41,232 nt of DNA, from NCBI GenBank assembly GCA_016867095.1, contig VGKK01000001.1, positions 1-41,232 of the forward strand. The letters are read 5' to 3'. This DNA comes from Candidatus Omnitrophota bacterium. Its GTDB lineage: Bacteria > Omnitrophota > Gorgyraeia > Gygaellales > Profunditerraquicolaceae. Below, one piece after another: positions 24,184 to 31,708 of the stretch (the stretch's first letter is position 1; every line of letters starts with the position of its first letter). The position numbers and the translations under genes are program-made. Below the pieces are notes generated by a model. It worked only from the letters and a program-made list of their open reading frames with translations, was not told the DNA's origin and made no database searches.

Positions 24184-25242
24184 TTATAGTTTTTTTATCT
24201 TGCTTATTATTTCTTCCTCTGAGGGAATTCCGCCGCCGGAGCGGCCTAAAAATCCGACTTCTGCCTGGCCGTCAAGCGTTAACCTAACATCCTCCAGCAT
24301 CTGGCCATAAGACATCTCCGCCACTAAAAACTTTACGCGCCTGCGCGCTCGCGAATTGACGAGCCGAAAGGCATTTTCCGGAAACGGCCAGAGAGATATA
24401 GGACGAATTAACCCGACTTTCTTTGCCTTTTCTCTTAACCTTTCCACTGCTGCCCGGCAGATTCTCGCCATTGTCCCGTAAGCTACAATGATTACTTTGG
24501 CGTCGTCTAAAAACAGGCCCTCATAACGCTGCTCTCTTATTTTTATAGTTTTATATTTCTTTTGTAACAAAAGGTTGACCTTCTCTAAGTCGCCCTCTTT
24601 CATATAAAAAGATTTTACGATATTGGGCGTCCTACCTTTACAGCCGGTCAACGCCCACTTTTTATTCTGACGGGTGACGTGGTGACGTGGTGACGTGGTG
24701 ACGTGTAAAGGTTCCATCGTCTGCCCCAGCATCCCGTCGCCCAAAATAATTACGGGATTACGGTACTTATCCGCTAAATCAAAGGCCGCAGGCATAAAAT
24801 CATACGCCTCCTGCACAAAAGAAGGCGCCAAGACGATGCAATGATAATCTCCGTGGCCGCCGCTGCGCGTAGCCTGGAAATAATCGGATTGCGCCGGCCA
24901 GATATTGCCCAGGCCCGGCCCGCCCCGCATCACATCAACAATCACCGCCGGTAATTCCGCGCCTGCCATATAAGAGATGCCTTCCTGCTTCAGGCTGATA
25001 CCCGGGCTTGAAGACGAGGTCATCGCCCTTGCCCCGCAGGCCGCGGCGCCAAAGACCATGTTGATGGCGGCCAGCTCTGATTCTGCCTGGATAAACACCC
25101 CGCCTGCCTGCGGCATATGTCCGGCCATATAGGCGGGGATTTCATTCTGGGGAGTAATAGGGTAGCCGGCATAGAAACGGCAGCCTGCCTGGATCGCTCC
25201 CTCAGCCATTGCCTCGTTACCTGTCATTAATATACGTTTCAT
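24184..25242 (-). CDS. 2-oxoacid:ferredoxin oxidoreductase, alpha subunit
   Basis: 352 aa. MTGNEAMAEGAIQAGCRFYAGYPITPQNEI... is typical of KorA/VorB/PorA N-termini. Substrate not assignable. Confidence 0.9.
   Translation of the reverse strand: MKRILMTGNEAMAEGAIQAGCRFYAGYPITPQNEIPAYMAGHMPQAGGVFIQAESELAAINMVFGAAACGARAMTSSSSPGISLKQEGISYMAGAELPAVIVDVMRGGPGLGNIWPAQSDYFQATRSGGHGDYHCIVLAPSFVQEAYDFMPAAFDLADKYRNPVIILGDGMLGQTMEPLHVTTSPRHHVTRQNKKWALTGCKGRTPNIVKSFYMKEGDLEKVNLLLQKKYKTIKIREQRYEGLFLDDAKVIIVAYGTMARICRAAVERLREKAKKVGLIRPISLWPFPENAFRLVNSRARRRVKFLVAEMSYGQMLEDVRLTLDGQAEVGFLGRSGGGIPSEEEIISKIKKL
24673..24704. repeat. perfect tandem octamer array (GGTGACGT)x4 inside the alpha-subunit CDS
   Basis: Read directly. 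It encodes part of PLHVTTSPRHHVTRQ on the minus strand. Confidence 0.97.
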
Positions 25243-25248
25243 AACGTT

Positions 25249-25330
25249 GTCACCAAGTCACCATGTCACAAGGTCACCCGTTGTTCAATTTTCTGCATTG
25301 CTTTTAGGGGTGACGTAGTGACTTTGTGGC
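25249..25330. repeat. octamer-built hairpin (word GGTGAC) in the delta-alpha spacer; contains the alpha-subunit SD
   Basis: The left arm is GTCACCAA GTCACCAT GTCACAAG GTCACCCG (25249-25280). The right arm is GGGGTGAC GTAGTGAC TTTGTGGC (25307-25330). On the mRNA the last GGUGAC lies 6 nt before the alpha-subunit AUG (25242). Confidence 0.85.
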
Positions 25331-25340
25331 CTGATGCCCC

Positions 25341-25544
25341 TTATTTATACACTTCTACACAGCAATCCGGGCAGATAACCGCGCATAATGTGCAGCCCAA
25401 GCATTCGCCCGTATCTTTGAATTCTACGGCAGCCACTCCCCGTTTATTTAAACCTTTAGCCGCCTTGATGAGCCCTTTGGGGCAAAAGCTCACGCAAAGT
25501 AAGCAACCCTTGCATTTATCTTTATCTATGGTTATTTTAGCCAT
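25341..25544 (-). CDS. 2x[4Fe-4S] ferredoxin-type delta subunit of the oxidoreductase
   Basis: 67 aa. Has CKGCLLCVSFCP and CLGCTLCAVICP. Confidence 0.85.
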   Translation of the reverse strand: MAKITIDKDKCKGCLLCVSFCPKGLIKAAKGLNKRGVAAVEFKDTGECLGCTLCAVICPDCCVEVYK

Positions 25545-25548
25545 ATTA

Positions 25549-27405
25549 TTACCTCGTCAGCAACTTAATCTTATGCGCTATTGCCGCAGCCGTCAACCCA
25601 TATTTTTCCAGGAGGGCCTCTCTTTTTCCGTGCGCGATAAATTCGTCGGGCAGGCCTAATTTGATTGTCGGCCTGCCTATCGCCTCGCTCAGCGCGCTGC
25701 CAAATCCGCCTTCCACAATGCCCTCTTCCGCGGTAAAAATAACTTTTGTTTTTTCGGCCAAGCCCAAAAATAAATCTTTATCCAACGGCTTTACAAAACG
25801 CGCGTTAATCAAGGCGCCTCTTAGGCCTTCCTTAGCTAATAATTCTATCGCTTCTTGAGCCGGCCTTACCATAGAACCTATCGCGGCTATCGCAAAATCC
25901 TTCCCCTCGTTCAAAACTTCCGCCTTCCCAAGCTCAATTTTTGGTGACTTGGTGACTTGGTGACTTGGTGACTTATCTTTAGGATACCTGATAGCCACCG
26001 GCTTATCCAAACCTATGGCAAATTCTAACATCGCCTCCAATTCCTCCCCATCTTTAGGCGCCATAATCACTAAATTGGGGATGCTTCTTAAAAAAGCCAG
26101 GTCAAAAATTCCCTGATGCGTTACGCCATCCTCTCCGACTATGCCTGCCCGGTCAAGGCAAAAAATCACCGGCAGGCCCTGCAGGGCCGCCTCTTCCATA
26201 ATCTGGTCGTAAGCCCTCTGCAAAAAGGTGGAATATACCGCCACTACCGGCTTAAGGCCTATTTTTGCCAGGCCCGCGGCAAAGCATACCGCATGTTGTT
26301 CGGCAATGCCCACATCAAAAAATCTTTCCGGATAGGCATCGCGGAATTTATCCAGGCCTGTGCCTTCGGGCATGGCCGCGGTAACGGCAACAATCTTTTT
26401 ATCCTCCCGGGCCAAATCCACTAATTTCCGGCTAAAGACTTCGGTATAAGTGGGACTTTGTATCCCCTCTTTAGGCAAGGCCTGCCCGCTCTTTATATCA
26501 AAGCGTCCGGCGCCATGGAACCTGACCGGGTCGCTTTCCGCCGGAAGATAACCTTTGCCTTTCTTGGTGACCACATGCAGCAACCTCGGCCCTTTAATAT
26601 ACAAGATATTCTTTAGCGTCGGCACTAAAACATTTAAGTCATGGCCGTCAATAGGCCCGAAATAACGGAATCCCAATTCCTCAAAAAACATTCCCGGGAC
26701 AAACAATCCTTTTAAGCCCTCTTCAAATTTATTGGCGATTTTTATCAGGCGGCTCCCTTTAGGCAGGCGCGACTTGGCAAAACCCTCCAAAGACCCCTTA
26801 AAACGATTGTATATCGGTAAAGAGATGAGTTTATTCAGGTATGTGCTTAAAGCGCCGACATTGGGGGCGATACTCAATTCATTGGTATTTAAAATAACTA
26901 AAATATCTTTCTTGAGGTGGCCGGTATTATTCAGCCCCTCAAAACACAAACCCCCGCTTAAAGAGCCGTCGCCGATTACCGCCACTACTTTAAAATGCTG
27001 CCCCGCCCCCAGGCTGTCCCTGGCGCAGGCCAAACCCAAGGCCAAAGATACCGCAGTTGAGCTATGGCCAGTAGTAAAAGTATCGTAAGCCGACTCTGCG
27101 TAAGACGGGAATCCGCTCACGCCCTGATATTGACGAAGGCTGGAAAAATCCTTGTTTCGTCCGGTTAAAATTTTATGCGCGTAGGCCTGGTGGCCGACGT
27201 CAAAGATTATTTTATCTTCGGGGCAATTTAAACAATAATGCAGCGCCACAATCAGCTCCACCGCGCCCAGGCTTGAGGCGAGGTGCCCCCCCGAAGAAGA
27301 AACTACCTCAATCATCCGCTCTCTAATTTCAGCGGCTAATTGCGGCAGCTTTTCCAAGGAAAGTTTTTTTAAATCCTGGGGTGAATTAATCTGGTCTAAT
27401 ATCAT
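25549..27405 (-). CDS. dxs: 1-deoxy-D-xylulose-5-phosphate synthase
   Basis: 618 aa. Has GGHLASSLGAVELIVALH, DVGHQAYAHKILTGR, the TPP motif GDGSLSGGLCFEGLNN, and DVGIAEQHAV. Confidence 0.93.
   Translation of the reverse strand: MILDQINSPQDLKKLSLEKLPQLAAEIRERMIEVVSSSGGHLASSLGAVELIVALHYCLNCPEDKIIFDVGHQAYAHKILTGRNKDFSSLRQYQGVSGFPSYAESAYDTFTTGHSSTAVSLALGLACARDSLGAGQHFKVVAVIGDGSLSGGLCFEGLNNTGHLKKDILVILNTNELSIAPNVGALSTYLNKLISLPIYNRFKGSLEGFAKSRLPKGSRLIKIANKFEEGLKGLFVPGMFFEELGFRYFGPIDGHDLNVLVPTLKNILYIKGPRLLHVVTKKGKGYLPAESDPVRFHGAGRFDIKSGQALPKEGIQSPTYTEVFSRKLVDLAREDKKIVAVTAAMPEGTGLDKFRDAYPERFFDVGIAEQHAVCFAAGLAKIGLKPVVAVYSTFLQRAYDQIMEEAALQGLPVIFCLDRAGIVGEDGVTHQGIFDLAFLRSIPNLVIMAPKDGEELEAMLEFAIGLDKPVAIRYPKDKSPSHQVTKSPKIELGKAEVLNEGKDFAIAAIGSMVRPAQEAIELLAKEGLRGALINARFVKPLDKDLFLGLAEKTKVIFTAEEGIVEGGFGSALSEAIGRPTIKLGLPDEFIAHGKREALLEKYGLTAAAIAHKIKLLTR
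25943..25974. repeat. perfect tandem octamer array (GGTGACTT)x4 inside the dxs CDS
   Basis: Read directly. It encodes part of YPKDKSPSHQVTKSPKIELGK on the minus strand. Confidence 0.97.
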
Positions 27406-27656
27406 TAACTTTCGCCTTCGGCAGGCTCATCCTCAAACTTTTCTAAAGAAAATTTGGCGTCCTTCTTGGCCAACAATTCAACCTTACGCTGGGCCTCATT
27501 GAGGGCATGGGAACAGCCCTGGGCAAGCTTTATTCCTTCTTCGTATTTTTTCAGCGAATCCCCCAGGCTCAGCTTTCCGCCGGATAATTCTTCCACGATT
27601 TTTTGTAAGCGCCTGATATCCTCTTCAAAGGACTGTTTATCTTTTGTCATCTTCAA
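27405..27656 (-). CDS. xseB: exodeoxyribonuclease VII small subunit
   Basis: 83 aa. FEEDIRRLQKIVEELSGGKLSLGDSLKKYEEGIKLAQGC is the typical XseB pattern. Confidence 0.85.
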   Translation of the reverse strand: MKMTKDKQSFEEDIRRLQKIVEELSGGKLSLGDSLKKYEEGIKLAQGCSHALNEAQRKVELLAKKDAKFSLEKFEDEPAEGES

Positions 27657-28848
27657 TTACCTCCTGTACCGTGCCTAAGAAAGAACCTTTCTTTAGCATA
27701 GTCTTGACTAAATCGCCGGCCTTAAGCTCGGCGGCATCTTTAACCACCGCGCCATTACTGACAAGCGTGCTCAAACTATAACCCCGCGACAAAACTGCCA
27801 GGGGGCTCAGCGCCTCTAATCTCTTTATCAGAGAAAGGGCCCTTTCATTCGCGATACTCAAGCAATGCCTGATATGGCTAAGTAATGCTGTGCTTAATTC
27901 ATCAAGCAGCTGCTGTTTCTCCAACAGCCTGTCCAGGGGGCTTTTTAACATATGCCTTAAGGCAATCAAGTTATTTTTCAAGCCCTGGATGACAGCCGTT
28001 ACTGAAGAAATAAGCTCGTATTTATAGCTTTCTAATTCCGACAAGAGTTTATTTTTTTTATCTACAATAATCTTTGCCGCTGCCGAGGGCGTTTCCACAA
28101 AAACATCCGCCACTAAATCTGATAGCGTGGTGTTAATCTGATGGCCTACGGCGGAAATCGTGGGGATTGTGGAATTATAAATCGCGCGCGCGATGACCTC
28201 TTCGTTAAAAGCCCAAAGGTCCTCGGTACTTCCTCCTCCGCGGCTGATAATGATTACATCTACTTCTTTAAACCGGTTAAAATCTTCCACCCCTTCGGCT
28301 ATCTCTAGCGCCGCGCCTTCCCCTTGCACGCGCGCTGAACGGATAATGACGTCAACGCAGGGAGCCCCTTTTTTTAAAATCTGCAGGATATCCCGCACTG
28401 CCGCGCCGGCGCTGGAAGTAACAATCCCGGCCCGAAACGGCATAAGCGGCAGAGGCTTCTTATGTGCCGGATCAAATAACCCCTCTTTTAACAGCCTGTT
28501 TTTTAACTGCTCAAAGGCCAGCTGCTGCGCGCCTACGCCTTTAGGTTCAATGCTCTCCACGATTAACTGGTATTGCCCGCGGGGCGGATAAATATCTACT
28601 TTACCAAAGCAGATTACCTTCAGGCCGTCTTCTATTTTAAACTTGAGCTGGCGGTTCGCCCGCACAAACATCGCCGCGGATAAAACCGCGTCCTTATCTT
28701 TTAAGGTAAAATAAAAATGCCCGGAAGTAGCTGCCCGGAAATTAGAAATCTCGCCCTCTACCCAAACCTCGCCAAAGGTATTCTCCAGGATAATCTTTAT
28801 GTCCTGGGTAATTTCGGAGACAGTATAGATATGCCGGGATTTTTCCAT
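27637..28848 (-). CDS. xseA: exodeoxyribonuclease VII large subunit
   Basis: 403 aa. Has an N-terminal OB fold (VWVEGEISNFRAATSGHFYFTLKD), a catalytic region (IISRGGGSTEDLWAFNEE) and a coiled-coil tail. Confidence 0.9.
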   Translation of the reverse strand: MEKSRHIYTVSEITQDIKIILENTFGEVWVEGEISNFRAATSGHFYFTLKDKDAVLSAAMFVRANRQLKFKIEDGLKVICFGKVDIYPPRGQYQLIVESIEPKGVGAQQLAFEQLKNRLLKEGLFDPAHKKPLPLMPFRAGIVTSSAGAAVRDILQILKKGAPCVDVIIRSARVQGEGAALEIAEGVEDFNRFKEVDVIIISRGGGSTEDLWAFNEEVIARAIYNSTIPTISAVGHQINTTLSDLVADVFVETPSAAAKIIVDKKNKLLSELESYKYELISSVTAVIQGLKNNLIALRHMLKSPLDRLLEKQQLLDELSTALLSHIRHCLSIANERALSLIKRLEALSPLAVLSRGYSLSTLVSNGAVVKDAAELKAGDLVKTMLKKGSFLGTVQEVIEDDKR

Positions 28849-28853
28849 TTATA

Positions 28854-30749
28854 CTATTCTTTTTTTACTTGCGTGGCAGCTGTAGTATCAGACGTTTTCT
28901 CTGCGGGCTGAGCCGCATCCGTCACTTGGGCTGGGGCCTGCGGCGCAACTGCTTCCGGCTCCCTGGGTTTTGGCTTTAAGATAATCAAATTAACCGAATA
29001 AGGGGCCAGGGTCAATATCTCTTCATATAAATCAGCGGCCGGATGGATTTCTTTTTCTTCTGCGGGAATAAATTTGCAATTACTGCTGCAGGAGGAATCT
29101 ACGAGGTACCTCTGGTAGAGGTAATTCTCCTTAAGGTTCTTAATGCCTAATTTTAAATTACGGCTGGCGGACTTGAATTTTGCCGCCCTATCGCTTAATT
29201 CCTTGGCTTTTTTCAATACGGCCCTTGTTTTACCCGTCAGTGCTAAACGGGAAGGCTCTAATTGGCCCTGCATAATCCTGTCCAGCCTGTCCGTCTTAAT
29301 CAAGTTTAATAACGCCTTTCTCTCCGCGCTCTTTAGGCTGCCGAGGACCCTGGATAAATAACCTATTACGGCCTCCGGGTCAATATAATTATAAATTAAT
29401 AGCGCGACGCTGTCTTTGCCCTGGGTGGCGATGACCCCGCAAAACTCATCCTTAAATTTATCCGAAGACAAAAACAGGTTATCCCCCAAAAGCCCCAGCA
29501 TCCGGAAAGTATTGTAACTGGCCTTGGGCCCGCCCTTGTATTCGGAAGATTCAGAATCAAACCAAAAGATGCCTGTATTTCTGATTACGCCTTCCTTGTT
29601 GTTCTGGAAATCTTCCAGGGAAAAATAAAGCTGGTAACTAAGCCCGGCCTCGCGCATATTCCTTAAGCGGGCGGGAATATAGCTGGCCGCGATAAAAGAC
29701 TCCTCTTTTCTTTCCGGCAAGACATTTATGCCCCGGTCATAATTCCATTCATCAACAATAAGGGGGGTATTCTTGTCAAAACGAAAATAGGTCAGCCAAT
29801 CCCGGACCAGGCTGACCGAAAACTTATTATAAATAGTGGCCTGCTTCTCTGCCTGGGGGTCGCTGGAAAAGCCGTGCCAGCTGATAAAGTCTAACGGCAG
29901 CCGGTTTCTGTGGCAAAATTGAATGAGTTCGTAAATCAGGCTTCTCTCCGGGGTAACAATGGTATTGCCGTCAAAATTCTGGAACCACCAGCTGGTGCTC
30001 GGGCCGCCCAGGGGAATATGTATTTTCGTCTCTGCCTCTAATTCCTTTACTGCCTCGGCGATTGCGCGGTATAAATTAAGGTATTCCTGTTTCCGGCCTA
30101 AAAAGAAATCCTCTAAATCCGGCGCGCTCCAGACTTCATACCAGATATTATACTTTTTGTCGCAGCTTAAATGCCGGATATGGCGCTTGATTAGATCTTT
30201 AAACGCCTTTAAATTCTGGGGCAGGCTTCTTTTATCCAGCACCTTGCCCAAGCCCGCAGGCGTGCCGAATATATCCAGGATGACTGTCCCGCCCGCCTCA
30301 TTAATATTGCTGATTATCTTTTCATAATTGCCTAATAAGCTGTTCTGTAAATTTTTATTTTTGGTGAACTGGCTAATCTCCCAGAAATTATACTGGATAC
30401 GGTAGAGCCCTTTAAAACCGACGGCCTTTTGCCACTCATCAATGGCTGCGCTTGCCGCTATCTGCTGCGGCCAGATGCTGTCGCGATGGAACCCCCGGCC
30501 GCTTAAATCAATATTCGGCCGGAAAATATTCGGCAAGGGGACGGTCGCGGAGGCAATGTCTAAAGTAAATTCTAATTCATCGGATTGCTGGCCGTAAGAA
30601 GGATAAATTCCAATACACAATACACAAATTACAAACAATACCAAAATCACAATACCAAAACTACGTATAAATTCTCCTGTTTTGGTCATTGTAATTTTGA
30701 AATTGGAATTTGTTTGTGATTTGTAATTTGTAATTTGGAAATTAGACAT
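28854..30749 (-). CDS. secreted clan GH-A-like (beta/alpha)8 glycoside-hydrolase-fold protein; start uncertain (30749 or 30689; the ORF track maximum is 30800)
   Basis: Has a hydrophobic signal/anchor FGIVILVLFVICVLCIGIY. NIWYEVWSAPDLEDFF occupies the place of the WE(V/I)WNEP acid/base motif, and PLIVDEWNYD is a nucleophile-like motif. The tail is Pro/Ala/Gln-rich. ATG 30749 overlaps the ymdB stop (TATAATGTCTAA). Confidence 0.55.
   Translation of the reverse strand: MSNFQITNYKSQTNSNFKITMTKTGEFIRSFGIVILVLFVICVLCIGIYPSYGQQSDELEFTLDIASATVPLPNIFRPNIDLSGRGFHRDSIWPQQIAASAAIDEWQKAVGFKGLYRIQYNFWEISQFTKNKNLQNSLLGNYEKIISNINEAGGTVILDIFGTPAGLGKVLDKRSLPQNLKAFKDLIKRHIRHLSCDKKYNIWYEVWSAPDLEDFFLGRKQEYLNLYRAIAEAVKELEAETKIHIPLGGPSTSWWFQNFDGNTIVTPERSLIYELIQFCHRNRLPLDFISWHGFSSDPQAEKQATIYNKFSVSLVRDWLTYFRFDKNTPLIVDEWNYDRGINVLPERKEESFIAASYIPARLRNMREAGLSYQLYFSLEDFQNNKEGVIRNTGIFWFDSESSEYKGGPKASYNTFRMLGLLGDNLFLSSDKFKDEFCGVIATQGKDSVALLIYNYIDPEAVIGYLSRVLGSLKSAERKALLNLIKTDRLDRIMQGQLEPSRLALTGKTRAVLKKAKELSDRAAKFKSASRNLKLGIKNLKENYLYQRYLVDSSCSSNCKFIPAEEKEIHPAADLYEEILTLAPYSVNLIILKPKPREPEAVAPQAPAQVTDAAQPAEKTSDTTAATQVKKE
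30608..30741. repeat. ACAA/TTGT heptamer-built long hairpin, copy overlapping the start of the GH-like gene
   Basis: The plus-strand left arm (30608-30660) is TTCCAATACACAATACACAAATTACAAACAATACCAAAATCACAATACCAAAA. The right arm (30680-30741) is TTTTGGTCATTGTAATTTTGAAATTGGAATTTGTTTGTGATTTGTAATTTGTAATTTGGAAA. The 16-nt block CAAAATTACAATGACC is identical to the copy at 36264-36279. Confidence 0.85.
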
Positions 30750-31527
30750 TATATTTTTTCTGTATTCTAACAATGGCCCTTGCTTTTCCGGTATCCTCAT
30801 TAATATCTAAAACCGCGCCCTGCAGTTGAATATTTTCCGTGGCCACCTCAAAGCGCTTAGGCACTGAGGTCAGGAACCTTTCTAAAACATCCTCTACTTT
30901 CCTGCCGATGACCGAATCCAGCGGACCGGTCATACCCACATCCGTAATGTAGGCGGTGCCTTGCGGCAGAATCCGCTCATCCGCGGTCTGCACGTGGGTA
31001 TGCGTGCCTAAAACCGCGGAGACCAAGCCGTCTAAATACCAGCCCAGGGCCACTTTTTCGGAAGTAGCCTCGGCATGGATATCCACAATGATCACTTTTG
31101 TATCTTTGACTAACGCCTCCTGCGCCTGGCGGGTGCCCCTAAAAGGGCACTCCAGTGCCTCCAGAAAAACCCGGCCTTGCGCGTTCACCACGCCTATTTT
31201 CAGGCCATTGGCCGCCTTAAATAACCCCCATCCCTGCCCTGGCGCGCCTGCGGGAAAATTTACCGGCCTTAAAATCCTATCCTCCTGATTAATAATCTCT
31301 AAGACTTCCCTCTTCTTCCAAATGTGGTCTCCGGAAGTAAGCACATCTAATCCGCCGGCAAATAATTCTTCGGCTACTTGCGGCGTAATCCCTGAGCCGC
31401 CGGCGGCATTCTCGGCGTTGGCAATGCTAAAATCCAGGTTAAACTCTTTTTTTAAACCCGGCAGGAGCTTCTTTATCGCCTCCCTGCCCGGAGAACCCAC
31501 TATGTCACCAATAAATAAAATATTCAT
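30742..31527 (-). CDS. ymdB: YmdB-like metallophosphoesterase (TIGR00282 family)
   Basis: 261 aa. Has MNILFIGDIVGSPGR, NAENAAGGSGIT and GTHTHVQTADE. Lies directly downstream of rny, as in Firmicutes. Confidence 0.85.
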   Translation of the reverse strand: MNILFIGDIVGSPGREAIKKLLPGLKKEFNLDFSIANAENAAGGSGITPQVAEELFAGGLDVLTSGDHIWKKREVLEIINQEDRILRPVNFPAGAPGQGWGLFKAANGLKIGVVNAQGRVFLEALECPFRGTRQAQEALVKDTKVIIVDIHAEATSEKVALGWYLDGLVSAVLGTHTHVQTADERILPQGTAYITDVGMTGPLDSVIGRKVEDVLERFLTSVPKRFEVATENIQLQGAVLDINEDTGKARAIVRIQKKYNV

Positions 31528-31537
31528 TGCATACCCT

Positions 31538-31706
31538 GGTTACGCTATTCGGCTACGGTTACGATGCCCGTTTCGTTAAGAGGTTAGGTATAGCGTTTGA
31601 AATGTTGGCCGGTGAACGAGTGAGCCGGTGAACCGGTTAACTGGCAAACCGGTTAACCCGCTAACCTTTTTACGATACGGGCTTCGTTGCCTTAACCGTT
31701 ACCTAA
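31538..31706. repeat. word-built structured spacer (words GGTTACG / CCGGTGAAC / AACCGGTTAAC) between rny and ymdB
   Basis: The inverted pair TTACGATGCCCGTTTCGTTAA (31559-31579) and TTACGATACGGGCTTCGTT (31670-31688) is 14/16 complementary in its core. GGTTAGGTA pairs with TACCTAATCC. The centre has two CCGGTGAAC and two AACCGGTTAAC palindromes. Confidence 0.75.
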
Positions 31707-31708
31707 TC

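Noticed and set aside
24673-25974. CRISPR array interpretation of the octamer arrays and spacer repeats
   Set aside because: The units are 8 nt and abut without spacers, with only four copies each. They lie inside intact CDSs. No cas genes or leader are present.
30750-30800. Longest-ORF start (MRIPEKQ...) for the GH-like gene
   Set aside because: It would overlap ymdB by 59 nt with no RBS. ATG 30749 (coupled to the ymdB stop) or ATG 30689 (the repeat-core ATG) are more plausible.
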